Assembly: GCA_012837335.1 (NCBI GenBank)
Contig: DURM01000019.1
Span: 11,247 to 75,246, forward strand
Length of the DNA stretch: 64,000 bases
Direction of reading: 5' to 3'
From: Bacillota bacterium
Lineage (GTDB): Bacteria; Bacillota; Limnochordia; Darwinibacteriales; DTU012
Part shown: piece after piece, positions 41,825 to 51,916 of the stretch
Layout of the letters: every line of letters starts with the position of its first letter
Numbering within the stretch: position 1 is the stretch's first letter
The notes under the pieces: generated by a model
Database searches by the model: none
Told to the model about the DNA's origin: nothing
Seen by the model: only the letters and a program-made list of their open reading frames with translations
Position numbers and translations under genes: made by a program

Positions 41825-42510
41825 GCCCCGCTTCCATAAAGTTCAATCCGATCTTCTTTGATCCTGATTTCATCCAGCTGGATCGGAATCGGCAGATCAC
41901 CGAGATCGATCTGCAGCGTATACGCCTCACTAACTAGTTCTAGCAGCAGCGAGGGAACCCTTGTATCTTCAATCAGAAAATCAACCGGCATAATCACTAT
42001 CTGGGCTGGATCAATAATCTGCAGTTCGGTCAGCAGACTCACACTCCAGCTGATCTGCCATAACTCCACCGTACCATTTAGGGCAGCCTGGTTTTCCCGC
42101 AGATCGATTGTAAACAGCTGGTTGCGATCCAGTCGCTCCCAAAAATACTGGTTCAAACCGGCTTCAGATAAAATCAGCTCCGCGTGGAGCTCTTCTGCTC
42201 CCAAATAAGCAAAATCTCCATTCTGCAGCAACCGCTGGACATCAATGGCCGCATCTCTGCTCGAAAGCTCAAAGGCTGCTATCGGCAGGCCATTTAGATT
42301 CCAGTTTCTACCGTAGATGCTGATAGACGCAAATCTGCCAAAGAGAAGTTCCCATCCGAATCTAGTTTGAATCTTTATTTGAGACTCGCCGCCCAACTCT
42401 GCTTCCAAATACTCAACAACAGTCTTTTCAAACAAACCGGGCAGCACAATCCGCGGCAGCAAAAGTACTGCAGTCAGAATCAGCACCCAAATAATCACCC
42501 TTGGTCGCAC
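41821..42510 (-). CDS. Hypothetical membrane-anchored protein (DUF2993/LmeA-like?)
   Basis: 229 aa with an N-terminal TM ('VIIWVLILTAVLLLP') then a soluble domain. Family assignment is tentative. Confidence 0.3.
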   Translation of the reverse strand: MRPRVIIWVLILTAVLLLPRIVLPGLFEKTVVEYLEAELGGESQIKIQTRFGWELLFGRFASISIYGRNWNLNGLPIAAFELSSRDAAIDVQRLLQNGDFAYLGAEELHAELILSEAGLNQYFWERLDRNQLFTIDLRENQAALNGTVELWQISWSVSLLTELQIIDPAQIVIMPVDFLIEDTRVPSLLLELVSEAYTLQIDLGDLPIPIQLDEIRIKEDRIELYGSGA

Positions 42511-42534
42511 AATTCTATCCCCTTGGCAGCATAA

Positions 42535-43636
42535 TTATTTTGCTTTCAGATAAGCCTCGATAAAGCGGTCAATCTCTCCATCCATTACCGCGTCTACATC
42601 GCCCATTTCTGCGTTGGTGCGGTGATCCTTAACCATCGTATATGGGCAGAATACATAGGAGCGAATTTGATTGCCCCAAGCGATCTCCTGCTGCTCGCCT
42701 TTGAGTTCAGCCAGCTTCTGCTGCTGTTCTGCCAGTTGGCGCTCCATCAGCCGCGCTCTTAGGATTTTCATAGCTGACTCCCTGTTTTGGTGCTGTGAGC
42801 GTTCGGTCTGGCACTGTACCACGATACCGGTGGGAATATGGGTAATTCTGATCGCTGAGTCGGTTTTATTAACATGCTGTCCTCCGGCCCCGCTGGCCCG
42901 GTAAGTATCGACCCGCAGATCCGCTGGATCAATTTCCAGCTCAATATCATCATCAATTTCCGGCATCACTTCTACCGATGCAAATGAGGTGTGGCGCCTG
43001 CCGGAAGCATCAAAAGGCGAGATCCGCACCAGTCGGTGCACACCTTTTTCAGCCTGCAGATATCCATAGGCATAAGGTCCGGAAATCAAGAGTGTAGCGC
43101 TCTTAATGCCGGCTTCATCTCCAGCAAGCAGATCTAATATCTCAACCGCATATCCGCGGGATTCCGCCCAGCGGGTGTACATCCTGAGCAGCATTTCTGC
43201 CCAATCCTGGCTTTCGGTACCACCTGCGCCAGGATGGATGGTAAGAATCGCATTGTGTCCATCATACTCTCCATCCAGCATAGCATGCAGCTCCAGCTGA
43301 CTTACCGCTTCATCCAGTGCGCTGACCCCATTCATCAGTTCCTGTTCCAATCCGGAGTCCGGCTCGTCTTCAGTCAGTTCCAAGATAACCTGCAGGTCTT
43401 GAAGCTGTTGATCGACCTGCTCCCAAGCCTCCACTGCCTGTTTCAACTGCTTCAGCGTCTGCACCTGTTTTTGAGCAGCATCAGCCTGATCCCAAAATCC
43501 AGGCTGCGCCATAATCTGATTTAATTCCTCAATCTGATCGCGCTTCTGATCTACGTCAAAGATACTCCCTCAGCTCATTGATTTTTGTTTCTAACTGTTC
43601 TAACCGAACTTCATATTCCCTGCGATCTAACAGCAT
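42535..43636 (-). CDS. prfB: Peptide chain release factor 2 (programmed +1 frameshift)
   Basis: Frame 0 encodes '[26 protein letters not shown]' then UGA. The +1 frame continues '[24 protein letters not shown]...' through the GGQ motif '[19 protein letters not shown]' and the RF2 'SPF'-type region. Confidence 0.9.
43555..43561 (-). other. RF2 autoregulatory +1 frameshift site CUU UGA C with upstream internal Shine-Dalgarno AGGGAG
   Basis: On the minus strand, AGGGAG-UAU-CUU-UGA-C is essentially identical to the E. coli prfB recoding site (AGGGGG UAU CUU UGA C). Confidence 0.85.
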
Positions 43637-43651
43637 TTATATTCACTCCTT

Positions 43652-46174
43652 CTACTTTCCACAGCATTTTTTATATTTTTTACCACTGCCGCACGGACAT
43701 GGATCATTTCGGCCAATTTTCTGAACAGTCCGGGGTGTGCGCGGACGACTATCCTCACTGTCGCGGTTGGTCCGCATCTGCCGCATCTGCCGCATCCGCT
43801 GTTCAGCTTCTTCCTCTGCATCCTGCCGATCTACCAGACGAACTCTAAACAGCATTCGCACGCAGTCTTCTTGGATGCTCTGCACCATTCTGTTGAACAT
43901 CTCATATGCTTCAAATCTATACTCCATCAGTGGATCGCGCTGTCCATAAGCCCTTAAGCCAATACCTTCCTTGAGACTCTCCATGTCGCTTAAGTGCTCC
44001 ATCCACTTGCGATCGATAATCTGCAGCAATACTAAATATTCAATTCTGCGCATAGTCTCAGCGCCGAATTCTTGCTCCCGCTCTTGATAAGCCGCCAGTG
44101 CTAATCTCCCAAGCTCAGCAGCTATTTCCTCAGCCTTCATCCCCGCCAGATCCTCTTTGGTCAGCGGCAGTGGCTTGGTCGTAATATCCTGATAGCGGGC
44201 GATTAATCCATCCAAGTTCCATTCTTCTACTGCAAGTTTTTCGTCTGCATATTCCTCAGTTATGTGCTTAAACGCATTAGTAAATACGGTTTCAATATAC
44301 TCTTGAATATTAGTACCCAGCAGAACTGTGCGGCGCTGCTCATAGATAAGTTCGCGCTGCTGGTTGAGAACATTGTCGTATTCCAGAACCTGCTTGCGGG
44401 CTTCAAAATTGCGGTTTTCCACTTTTTTCTGGGCATTTTCAATGGCTCTGCTGATCTGGGAATGCTCAATTGGCTGATCATCTTCCCAACCGAGGCGCTC
44501 CATTAAGCCGCTGATCATTTCACTGCCAAAAAGCCGCATCAGATCATCTTCCATAGACACATAGAAGCGGGAAGAACCCGGGTCACCCTGACGTCCCGAG
44601 CGGCCGCGGAGCTGATTGTCAATCCGCCGCGACTCATGGCGTTCGGTACCGATCACATGCAGTCCGCCCAGTTTTGCCACACCTTCACCTAAAACAATAT
44701 CTGTACCGCGTCCAGCCATGTTAGTAGCAATTGTTACTGCTCCTGGCTGACCGGCGTTTTTAATAATCTCCGCCTCCAGCTCATGATACTTAGCGTTTAA
44801 GACTTGATGAGGGATGCCGATTTTTTTCAGCATTCTGCTCAGTTCTTCCGACCGCTCGATGGAAATTGTTCCCACCAGCACCGGCTGGCCTTTCTTATGC
44901 TTCTCTTCAATCTCCCTAACCACGGCAGCAAACTTAGCTGCGGTCGTTTTATAGACCAGATCAGGATGATCGATCCTAATCATTGGTTTATTGGTGGGAA
45001 TAACCACTACATCCATGCCGTAAATCCGCCGGAACTCTTCTTCCTCAGTTTCCGCTGTACCGGTCATGCCCGCCAGCTTATCATACATCCGAAAATAGTT
45101 CTGAAATGTAATCGAAGCCAGGGTTTTGCTCTCCTGGGCAACCCGAACATTCTCCTTTGCCTCAATCGCTTGGTGCAGGCCGTCTGAATAGCGGCGCCCC
45201 GGCATTAAGCGGCCGGTGAATTCGTCAACAATTATTACCTCTCCGTCCTTAACAACATAATCCCGATCCCGCTTAAACAGTGTATAGGCTTTGAGGGCTT
45301 GAATTAAATAGTGATTTAAGGCAAAGTGGCGATCATCGAATAGGTTATCGATGCCAAGCATTTTTTCTACTTTGGCAACGCCTGCTTCTGTCATAGCCGC
45401 TGTGCGCAGTTTTTCATCCACTGTGTAGTCAACTTCATTCTGCAGCCGCGGCACAATTTGCGCAAACTGCACATAGTGTCCTGCCGATTCTTCACCTATG
45501 CCGGAAATAATCAGAGGGGTACGCGCTTCATCGATTAAAATCGAGTCTACCTCGTCAACAATAGCATAATTCAGCCCGCGCTGAACCAATTGCTCCGGAG
45601 CTTGAGCCATATTATCCCGAAGGTAGTCAAAACCAAACTCATTGTTGGTTCCGTAGGTAATATCGCATCGGTATGCTTCTGACCGCTCGTCAAACTCCTT
45701 CTCATGCACAATTACGCCAACTGACATGCCGAGAAAGCGGTAAATCTGCCCCATCCACTCCGCATCGCGCTTGGCTAAGTAATCGTTTACTGTAACGACA
45801 TGCACTCCTTTTCCAGTCAGGGCATTTAAATACACTGGCAGTGTAGCCGCGAGAGTTTTACCTTCGCCGGTTTTCATTTCCGCAATCCGTCCCTGATGGA
45901 GCACAATTCCGCCCATCAGCTGCACATCATAATGGCGCTGACCAATAGTGCGTTTACCTGCCTCCCGCACCACAGCAAAAGCTTCGGGAAGAAGCTCATC
46001 TAAGCTTTCGCCAGCATTCAATCGCTGCTTGAACTCATCTGTCTTTGCTCTCAGTTCAGCATCAGAAAGGGTTTCCATTTCAGGTTCTAAACTGTTAATC
46101 CGCTCAACTACTGTCATTAACCGTGTTATCTCTCTTTTACTGCTGTCAAAAATCTTCTTAAACAATCCGAGCAT
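43652..46174 (-). CDS. secA: Preprotein translocase ATPase SecA
   Basis: Starts '[10 protein letters not shown]'. DEAD-like motor and preprotein cross-linking domains, and a C-terminal zinc-binding tail '[15 protein letters not shown]'. The ORF-track start at 46240 is an upstream extension. Confidence 0.95.
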   Translation of the reverse strand: MLGLFKKIFDSSKREITRLMTVVERINSLEPEMETLSDAELRAKTDEFKQRLNAGESLDELLPEAFAVVREAGKRTIGQRHYDVQLMGGIVLHQGRIAEMKTGEGKTLAATLPVYLNALTGKGVHVVTVNDYLAKRDAEWMGQIYRFLGMSVGVIVHEKEFDERSEAYRCDITYGTNNEFGFDYLRDNMAQAPEQLVQRGLNYAIVDEVDSILIDEARTPLIISGIGEESAGHYVQFAQIVPRLQNEVDYTVDEKLRTAAMTEAGVAKVEKMLGIDNLFDDRHFALNHYLIQALKAYTLFKRDRDYVVKDGEVIIVDEFTGRLMPGRRYSDGLHQAIEAKENVRVAQESKTLASITFQNYFRMYDKLAGMTGTAETEEEEFRRIYGMDVVVIPTNKPMIRIDHPDLVYKTTAAKFAAVVREIEEKHKKGQPVLVGTISIERSEELSRMLKKIGIPHQVLNAKYHELEAEIIKNAGQPGAVTIATNMAGRGTDIVLGEGVAKLGGLHVIGTERHESRRIDNQLRGRSGRQGDPGSSRFYVSMEDDLMRLFGSEMISGLMERLGWEDDQPIEHSQISRAIENAQKKVENRNFEARKQVLEYDNVLNQQRELIYEQRRTVLLGTNIQEYIETVFTNAFKHITEEYADEKLAVEEWNLDGLIARYQDITTKPLPLTKEDLAGMKAEEIAAELGRLALAAYQEREQEFGAETMRRIEYLVLLQIIDRKWMEHLSDMESLKEGIGLRAYGQRDPLMEYRFEAYEMFNRMVQSIQEDCVRMLFRVRLVDRQDAEEEAEQRMRQMRQMRTNRDSEDSRPRTPRTVQKIGRNDPCPCGSGKKYKKCCGK

Positions 46175-46196
46175 CCGATAGTCATCCTTTCTTAAT

Positions 46197-47324
46197 TTAT
46201 ACCGATGCTGCATTGTGCCCGGCGATGTAACTAGCATCAAGCAGCGCCCATAGTCCTCCTGTCACTAAAGAGTGGCCGCCAAGCATTATCGGTATCGGCG
46301 CACTGCAGGCCGCCGCCGTGAACTCCCTCAGTCCGGGGTGGGATATCTGGTCAACCATGCCTAAATCAGAATAAAACCGATCACTCTGCGATAAGTCCCA
46401 GTTCCAATGGGCAAACATGATTCTGGAATCAAGCACAGCTCCATGGCTGATTTGGCCGAGGAATCTAAAAAACTGCTCATAACCATAGGAAACCATCATT
46501 TCTCCAAATAGAGACTGTGCCTCTCCTCGCACATCCCTTCCCAGCGCTTTCATACCTCGTTCCTCCGAGTAGAGCCGGATGCGGCAGCGGGTCAGCTCAT
46601 CGAGAAGTTTAAACAAGGAGGAATTAACCCGGCCGTAAACCAGCAGTTCACCGTGAAAATCTCCCATCACTTGTTTTATTTTATCACATCGAGTCAGATC
46701 GATATCCATTTCCGCCACAGCCCGCTTGGTGTGTTCACCCACATGGGGGTGGCATGCTAAAATCATCAGATCACTTGGTGTATCAATATCAAACTGCAGA
46801 CCGAGAGAACGCTGCAGGGGAATAAATCTGAGATCCGCCTGCTGCACCAGAAGCTGCGGCAGCGTATTATCAATTGCAGGCAGATCAACTTCTGCGAGCG
46901 CTGACCCAGGAGATAATCCGACCAGGTCAGCTGAGTAATAGTTGTTAGCAGTTACGACTCGATCGTGCTGTTCCAGCAGTCTGCGGATATTCCTGAGTTC
47001 ATAAGCAGAAATAAGGGGAGCTGCCGCTCCCCCCATGTATAAAACCTTGTTCAACTTTCTCTGTTTTACAACTCTGAGCAGTTCTTTCCCAAAGTGAAAC
47101 TCCTCTGTCACCTGTGGGTGAAACTCAATTTCTACTGGATATCCTGACGCTGCTTCTGCTAAATCTTGATAGGAGGTCATGATTACTATCCGCTCAAAGC
47201 CAGCCGCTTGAGCCTTGCAAATCTGATCAATTACTATTGCTTTTCGCACCCGGCGCATCATTTCTTCTGGTTCGCTGGATACGGATCCACCCTCGAAAAT
47301 AACTAAGGTTACAGAAGAGTCCAT
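46197..47324 (-). CDS. Hypothetical protein; N-terminal half resembles MobA/CofC-like nucleotidyltransferase fold
   Basis: 375 aa with no confident family assignment. '[19 protein letters not shown]' and 'DIDTPSDL' resemble guanylyltransferase (CofC/MobA-like) motifs. The C-terminal 170 aa are unassigned. Confidence 0.3.
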   Translation of the reverse strand: MDSSVTLVIFEGGSVSSEPEEMMRRVRKAIVIDQICKAQAAGFERIVIMTSYQDLAEAASGYPVEIEFHPQVTEEFHFGKELLRVVKQRKLNKVLYMGGAAAPLISAYELRNIRRLLEQHDRVVTANNYYSADLVGLSPGSALAEVDLPAIDNTLPQLLVQQADLRFIPLQRSLGLQFDIDTPSDLMILACHPHVGEHTKRAVAEMDIDLTRCDKIKQVMGDFHGELLVYGRVNSSLFKLLDELTRCRIRLYSEERGMKALGRDVRGEAQSLFGEMMVSYGYEQFFRFLGQISHGAVLDSRIMFAHWNWDLSQSDRFYSDLGMVDQISHPGLREFTAAACSAPIPIMLGGHSLVTGGLWALLDASYIAGHNAASV

Positions 47325-47339
47325 GTACTAACCTACTTT

Positions 47340-47903
47340 CTACTCAGGTTCTATCAGTCCGTAGTTGCCATCGCGGCGTTTATAAACTACATTGATTTCA
47401 TCATCGTCAGCATTGGTGAAAACAAAGAAGTCATGTCCCAGAAGCTCCATCTGCATGATCGCTTCCTCCACACTCATCGGCTTATAGTCAAAACGCTTAA
47501 TCTTTACCACCCTAAACTCCCGCTCAAGGTTTTCGGGAGAGCGCAATCCATCATCAACAGGAGGAGCGATTTCACTGATCTTTGGCCCTTGAAGTTTTCT
47601 GTGAATTCTGGTTTTAAACTTGTTCCACTGACGTTCGATTTTATCAACGGCTTCATCAATCGAATTGTACATATCGTCGGTGCGGCCTTCACCCCGAAGG
47701 ACCAAACCTCTAAACTCTATTGTTAACTCAGCAATATGAACTTCTCTTTCCGTCCGCATCATCATCTCAGCAAGCGATTCATAGTCACCATTGGCAGCGG
47801 TAATAAACTTTTCGAACTTGGTGATCTTCTTTTCGGCATAAGCACGTAAAGCGGGAGTAATTTCGAGATTCTTACTTTTGACGACGATTTTCATTGCAGC
47901 CAT
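47340..47903 (-). CDS. hpf: Ribosome hibernation-promoting factor (long HPF)
   Basis: N-terminal YfiA/HPF fold ('KNLEITPALRAYAEKKITKFEKF') and a C-terminal dimerisation domain ('FRVVKIKRFDYKPMSVEEAI'). Start at 47903, with AGAGGAG 8 nt upstream. Confidence 0.85.
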   Translation of the reverse strand: MAAMKIVVKSKNLEITPALRAYAEKKITKFEKFITAANGDYESLAEMMMRTEREVHIAELTIEFRGLVLRGEGRTDDMYNSIDEAVDKIERQWNKFKTRIHRKLQGPKISEIAPPVDDGLRSPENLEREFRVVKIKRFDYKPMSVEEAIMQMELLGHDFFVFTNADDDEINVVYKRRDGNYGLIEPE

Positions 47904-47988
47904 CTTGTTCACTCCTCTTTATTGATCTTACTTGCTATTATTATAATTCCAGCTGCTCCAAAAAAATCCTTCCTGAGAAGATTTCACC

Positions 47989-48020
47989 GGAAAATAAAAG
48001 AACCAAGTTGCCTTGGTTCC
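47989..48020 (-). terminator. Rho-independent terminator after csp
   Basis: On the minus strand, GGAACCAAG-gcaa-CUUGGUUC is followed by UUUUAUUUUCC. Confidence 0.55.
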
Positions 48021-48036
48021 TATCAGCTGTTTCAGT

Positions 48037-48234
48037 TTACAATTTCACAACGTTAGAAGCTTGCGGTCCTCTTTCTCCTTCAACAATGTCAAATTCAACG
48101 ACTTGTCCTTCTTCTAATGTTTTGAATCCGTCTTCCTGGATTGCTGAGAAGTGTACAAAAACGTCTCCACCATCTTCTCTCTCGATGAATCCATAGCCCT
48201 TCTCAGCGTTAAACCATTTTACTCTGCCTTGCAT
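48037..48234 (-). CDS. Cold-shock protein (CspA family)
   Basis: 65 aa '[33 protein letters not shown]...' with both RNP motifs. RBS is AGGAGG. Confidence 0.9.
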   Translation of the reverse strand: MQGRVKWFNAEKGYGFIEREDGGDVFVHFSAIQEDGFKTLEEGQVVEFDIVEGERGPQASNVVKL

Positions 48235-48361
48235 TAAACACATTCCTCCTAAAAAATGATACCGGTATACCTTACCGATTATCTCTACACTAACACACTT
48301 TGCTAACATTTGTCAAGGAATTTGAAATATCTTTAGTAATTTTAAGATATTTGCATAAGGA

Positions 48362-48865
48362 TTAACGCTTAATATCAATATCGCTATCCTCGTCCTTAAT
48401 CTTGATCATTTTTTCATAGGCTTTTTTCCCAGCGCTATTTTTGCGCTCACCCTGGATCTTGTTTACCTGATCGGCGTAACTTCTCAGCATCGATTCGTGG
48501 ATCCTCTCCTGCTGTTCAAGAATCTCCAGCTGCTTGATCAGCTGTTTGATCTCATGTTTTAATCTGACCACCAGATCGCGGCTGTCTCTTTCGATAAGAT
48601 CCATCAGCTGGCTCAGAGAAAATGATTCAAGCTGATAAAAACGAATAATAAAATCCTGGCTTTTACCGATCGCTTCCTGACACCGTGTGACGTCAACCAT
48701 TATTTCTTCTTTTTCTCTCAGAATATCAAGGAGCGATTCCATATCGCCCTGGTCGATCAGGAGCGCTTCTTCATCGCCAAATTGGGCAATGCTGCGGTAA
48801 TGCTCCGTCAATTGCTGGTAGTTGGCGATCAGCTCGGTAAATTTTTCCTTGATCTCCGGACTCAA
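48362..48865 (-). CDS. fliT: Putative flagellar protein FliT-like
   Basis: 167 aa helical protein located immediately downstream of fliS, as in B. subtilis. Sequence similarity is weak, so the call rests mainly on position. Confidence 0.4.
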   Translation of the reverse strand: MSPEIKEKFTELIANYQQLTEHYRSIAQFGDEEALLIDQGDMESLLDILREKEEIMVDVTRCQEAIGKSQDFIIRFYQLESFSLSQLMDLIERDSRDLVVRLKHEIKQLIKQLEILEQQERIHESMLRSYADQVNKIQGERKNSAGKKAYEKMIKIKDEDSDIDIKR

Positions 48866-49230
48866 GCTTGCTCCACCACCTCATGCCACATGTCCCGCAG
48901 TTCAGTTAAGAGCTTGATGGCCTGCTGGATCAAAACCGGATCCTTGTTGACATTTGCTTGAATCAAAAGTTGATTGATAAATGTGTAGAGCTGGTATAAA
49001 TTCTGCGCTATCTCGCCAACATCCATGTTTAAAGCGGATATTAACTCTGTCATAATATCCTGAGCCCTTACTAATTTATTGTGGGCACCGGCAATATCAG
49101 ATTCGTCAATGCAGTTGATTGCCTGATTGGCAAAACGAATTGCTCCATCAAAAAGCATCACGATCAAATCACCGTTTGATGCGGTATTAACTTTCACATT
49201 TTTATAAGCCTGTAAAGCATATGAATTCAT
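48862..49230 (-). CDS. fliS: Flagellar export chaperone FliS
   Basis: 122 aa ('AYKNVKVNTASNGDLIVMLFDGAIRF', 'LYQLY'). Confidence 0.85.
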   Translation of the reverse strand: MNSYALQAYKNVKVNTASNGDLIVMLFDGAIRFANQAINCIDESDIAGAHNKLVRAQDIMTELISALNMDVGEIAQNLYQLYTFINQLLIQANVNKDPVLIQQAIKLLTELRDMWHEVVEQA

Positions 49231-49245
49231 TCCTGCGGCTCCCCC

Positions 49246-49629
49246 CTAAGCGCGATGGTCAACCAGCAGCCCAATCATGTCCATAATTGCAGCGATCATA
49301 TCCAAGACTCTTTCGGGCGGAATCTCCCTGATCACCTCTTCCTTAGCATGGTCGGAGCGGTCAATCACTTTTACCATAATTCGATTGGTATCCTCATGGA
49401 TTGAAAACTCTAACCCCCGGTCAAAGATTCTCATGGTCTTGTTGAGATTCTCTACTGCATCGTACAGCTGCTCCTGATCAATTTGGGTTTTATCACCCTG
49501 AACCCCGTGTTGGTTTACCCCACTCTGCTGCTCAACACGATGTCTTTCAACCACATCCTGATTCTGATTGTTAGGTTTCACCATCTGCATTTGCTGATTA
49601 CTTTTGATGGCGAAATCAGTTCGAATCAT
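49246..49629 (-). CDS. flaG: Flagellar protein FlaG
   Basis: 127 aa. C-terminal 'FSIHEDTNRIMVKVIDRSDHAKEEVIREIPPERVLDM' is typical of FlaG. Confidence 0.7.
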   Translation of the reverse strand: MIRTDFAIKSNQQMQMVKPNNQNQDVVERHRVEQQSGVNQHGVQGDKTQIDQEQLYDAVENLNKTMRIFDRGLEFSIHEDTNRIMVKVIDRSDHAKEEVIREIPPERVLDMIAAIMDMIGLLVDHRA

Positions 49630-49645
49630 TTACGCCTCACCGTCC

Positions 49646-49909
49646 TTAATCAGATTTCGAGTTTTTGACAGAATTCCCCGGCGAATTGTGCAGCAGTTGG
49701 CTTAATTGATCTACATTGAAATGTTTCGATAGTACAGCCCGCTTGTTTTCCTGCTGAATATCTGCATAAATCTCTTCGCGATGAACACTAACATCTTTAG
49801 GTGCTTCGATGCCCAGCTTAACCTGATCACCGCGCACATCTACTACAATGATTTTTATATCATCGCCAATAATGATGCTCTCGTTGATTTTCCTAGTCAG
49901 TACAAGCAT
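49646..49909 (-). CDS. csrA: Carbon storage regulator CsrA
   Basis: '[48 protein letters not shown]'. Confidence 0.92.
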   Translation of the reverse strand: MLVLTRKINESIIIGDDIKIIVVDVRGDQVKLGIEAPKDVSVHREEIYADIQQENKRAVLSKHFNVDQLSQLLHNSPGNSVKNSKSD

Positions 49910-49964
49910 CTGGTGTCCCTCCCTGGACTATAGCTTTCCCGGAAATGCTCTATTTAGACTTGTC

Positions 49965-50429
49965 CTACTCAGCTGCCTGTTTAGCTGCTAAAAATGAAGA
50001 GCGCTGCAGTTCTGCCAGGACATTATGTCTAATGCTATACAAACCATCCATTAAAACAACCTGTTTAGCCAGCTTTGTCTTCCGATTAATCACTAACGGC
50101 GCTTGCAGATTAGCTGTCATTTCCGAGACGTCTTCAGGGACTGTAACAATTACAAAAACCTGCCCATCCTTAGAATCCTCAAAACCCAGCTGCTTGACAT
50201 GCTGGGGCTCAAGTTTCACTTGATAGTCATGGCGCAGAAGCTCCGGCATCATAATCACAAAACAAAGCCAAGGTTCTTCAACAGATTGCAGGAAACAGAA
50301 CATGCTCTCCGGCTGCTCAACAATCACAAATTGATGATAATCTTCAAAACCCAAAATTCCCTCGGGAAAATCGATTATCTGCTCAGGGTCAACTTCCAAT
50401 GTACCAAAGCGTGTGGTTTCAATTTTCAC
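49965..50429 (-). CDS. fliW: Flagellar assembly factor FliW
   Basis: 154 aa ('FPEGILGFEDYHQFVI', 'NLQAPLVIN'). Confidence 0.85.
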   Translation of the reverse strand: MKIETTRFGTLEVDPEQIIDFPEGILGFEDYHQFVIVEQPESMFCFLQSVEEPWLCFVIMMPELLRHDYQVKLEPQHVKQLGFEDSKDGQVFVIVTVPEDVSEMTANLQAPLVINRKTKLAKQVVLMDGLYSIRHNVLAELQRSSFLAAKQAAE

Positions 50430-50435
50430 CCTCGG

Positions 50436-50951
50436 TCACCCTTTAACATCGAATTTACTGCCTCTTTCAAAACGGACTTTAACTCCGCCATCGATCCAAT
50501 CGACCTTTGGCGGATAAACTGCAATATCAATCATCGTCCCACCCTGCTGCCACTCCATGTTAAGCTCATAGGAGCTCTTGATCCTTGGTCTGGACTTTGG
50601 CGCATAATCCACGTTGATTTCAGGAATTTCTCTAAACAGCTGCTCTTTCGCCAGCTGTGCTGCGGTATTCTGCAGTGTCATTTCGCGCGCAAAGCGATCT
50701 CCCTCCTGGGCTCTCCGGGCTGTACCGCTTAGAACAGCTTCATTGCCCGCAGATGCTGCAGTGCGCACCAGATGATTTAAATCACCCATGCCCAACTCAT
50801 TCAGGGCATCCTGCTGATCAATCTCGATAACCGGTCCATCATATTTAAATTCGAAATTGCCAACCTGCTGTCTAATTTGAGTCTGAGGCCAGTAGTAACT
50901 GATCAGAACCTGGGGATATTTCGTACTGATCGATAGGTGCATTGGCTTCAT
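50436..50951 (-). CDS. DUF6470-family protein (YviE-like)
   Basis: 171 aa. Position between flgL and fliW and overall composition match B. subtilis YviE. Confidence 0.45.
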   Translation of the reverse strand: MKPMHLSISTKYPQVLISYYWPQTQIRQQVGNFEFKYDGPVIEIDQQDALNELGMGDLNHLVRTAASAGNEAVLSGTARRAQEGDRFAREMTLQNTAAQLAKEQLFREIPEINVDYAPKSRPRIKSSYELNMEWQQGGTMIDIAVYPPKVDWIDGGVKVRFERGSKFDVKG

Positions 50952-50954
50952 CCC

Positions 50955-51902
50955 CTATCTGAGAAAATCTACCAATGTCGGTTGAATAATCCTGGCTCCT
51001 ACAGACAAGGCGATCCGATAAGCGTTCTCCTCGCTCTTCAGCATCATAATCGTCTCTGCAACATCTATATCCTGTGTACCACTTAAGAGCTTGTTAAAGT
51101 TTACTTCTAAATCCTTAAGCCTTTCTTCTGCCAATTCGATGCGGTTCAGCTTAGCACCGACTTCAGCCCGAGTGGCTAAAACACCATCCAGCGCAGCCTC
51201 CAATGCCTCTAAATGCTCGGCGCCCAGTTTGTCTGTCATTCCCTGGTCTAAATCATTAATTAGCTCTGACAGCGCGCCGAAGATCGGCATAAACAGCTGG
51301 TCCTCTGCCTCGCCGTCAGTATTGATGCTGGTCCTGATTATATTGATATCAATAACTGAGTTGGCTCCGATTTCTACCTTCAGCTCACTGGAATTCTGGA
51401 TTGAGCTGCCGCCGTGATAAGCAATTCGGTAATAACCAGGGTCTGCCGGATCAGTGCTGGCCCGCTGATAGGGAACAGTAGTACTTTTTTGACCGGCAAA
51501 CACATATTTGCCGCTGTGCGTTGAGTTGGATAACTGGAGCAGGTTATCGAAAAGTTGCTCCAATTCTCGCTGGATCGCTGCCCGATCATCTCCACTGAGT
51601 GTATCATTGGCAGCATATACAGACAGTTCTTTTGCCCTGTGCAGCACACTGGTTGTTGATGCCAGCACAGTATCTATCGACTGCAGCCATGAAGATGCAG
51701 TATCAACATTCTTCAACAGTTGATTGTTTTCGGTCAGTGAAGTTCGCAGTTCCAAAACATTAATCACCGCAGCCGGATCATCAGATGGTTTTAGAACGCG
51801 CTTGCCGCTGGCCAACTGCTGCTGATAGCGGTCAAGCCTGCCTAAACCGGCATTTAAATGCCGAAGCATGTTGTTTGTCAATGTATTATTAGTAACCCGC
51901 AC
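50955..51902 (-). CDS. flgL: Flagellar hook-associated protein 3 FlgL
   Basis: Flagellin-like N-terminus ('MRVTNNTLTNNMLRHLNAGLGRLDRYQQQLASGKRV') and C-terminus ('RAEVGAKLNRIELAEERL'). Confidence 0.8.
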   Translation of the reverse strand: MRVTNNTLTNNMLRHLNAGLGRLDRYQQQLASGKRVLKPSDDPAAVINVLELRTSLTENNQLLKNVDTASSWLQSIDTVLASTTSVLHRAKELSVYAANDTLSGDDRAAIQRELEQLFDNLLQLSNSTHSGKYVFAGQKSTTVPYQRASTDPADPGYYRIAYHGGSSIQNSSELKVEIGANSVIDINIIRTSINTDGEAEDQLFMPIFGALSELINDLDQGMTDKLGAEHLEALEAALDGVLATRAEVGAKLNRIELAEERLKDLEVNFNKLLSGTQDIDVAETIMMLKSEENAYRIALSVGARIIQPTLVDFLR

Positions 51903-51916
51903 CGCTTACCCTCCTT

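Noticed and set aside
43775-43812. Short tandem DNA repeat (ctgccgcat x2-3)
   Set aside because: It lies inside secA and encodes the 'RMRQMRQMR' stretch of the C-terminal linker. It is a coding microrepeat, not a CRISPR or mobile-element repeat.
43627-43821. 64-aa minus-strand ORF '[16 protein letters not shown]...'
   Set aside because: It is an alternate frame overlapping the secA C-terminal zinc-finger region and the prfB start. It is a by-product of GC-rich codons, not a gene.
46175-46240. ORF-track N-terminal extensions (secA to 46240, OMP to 18707, csp to 48309, hisA to 1566, yitT to 38440, csaB to 40223)
   Set aside because: Homolog alignment, signal-peptide position and RBS placement support the internal starts given in the features list.
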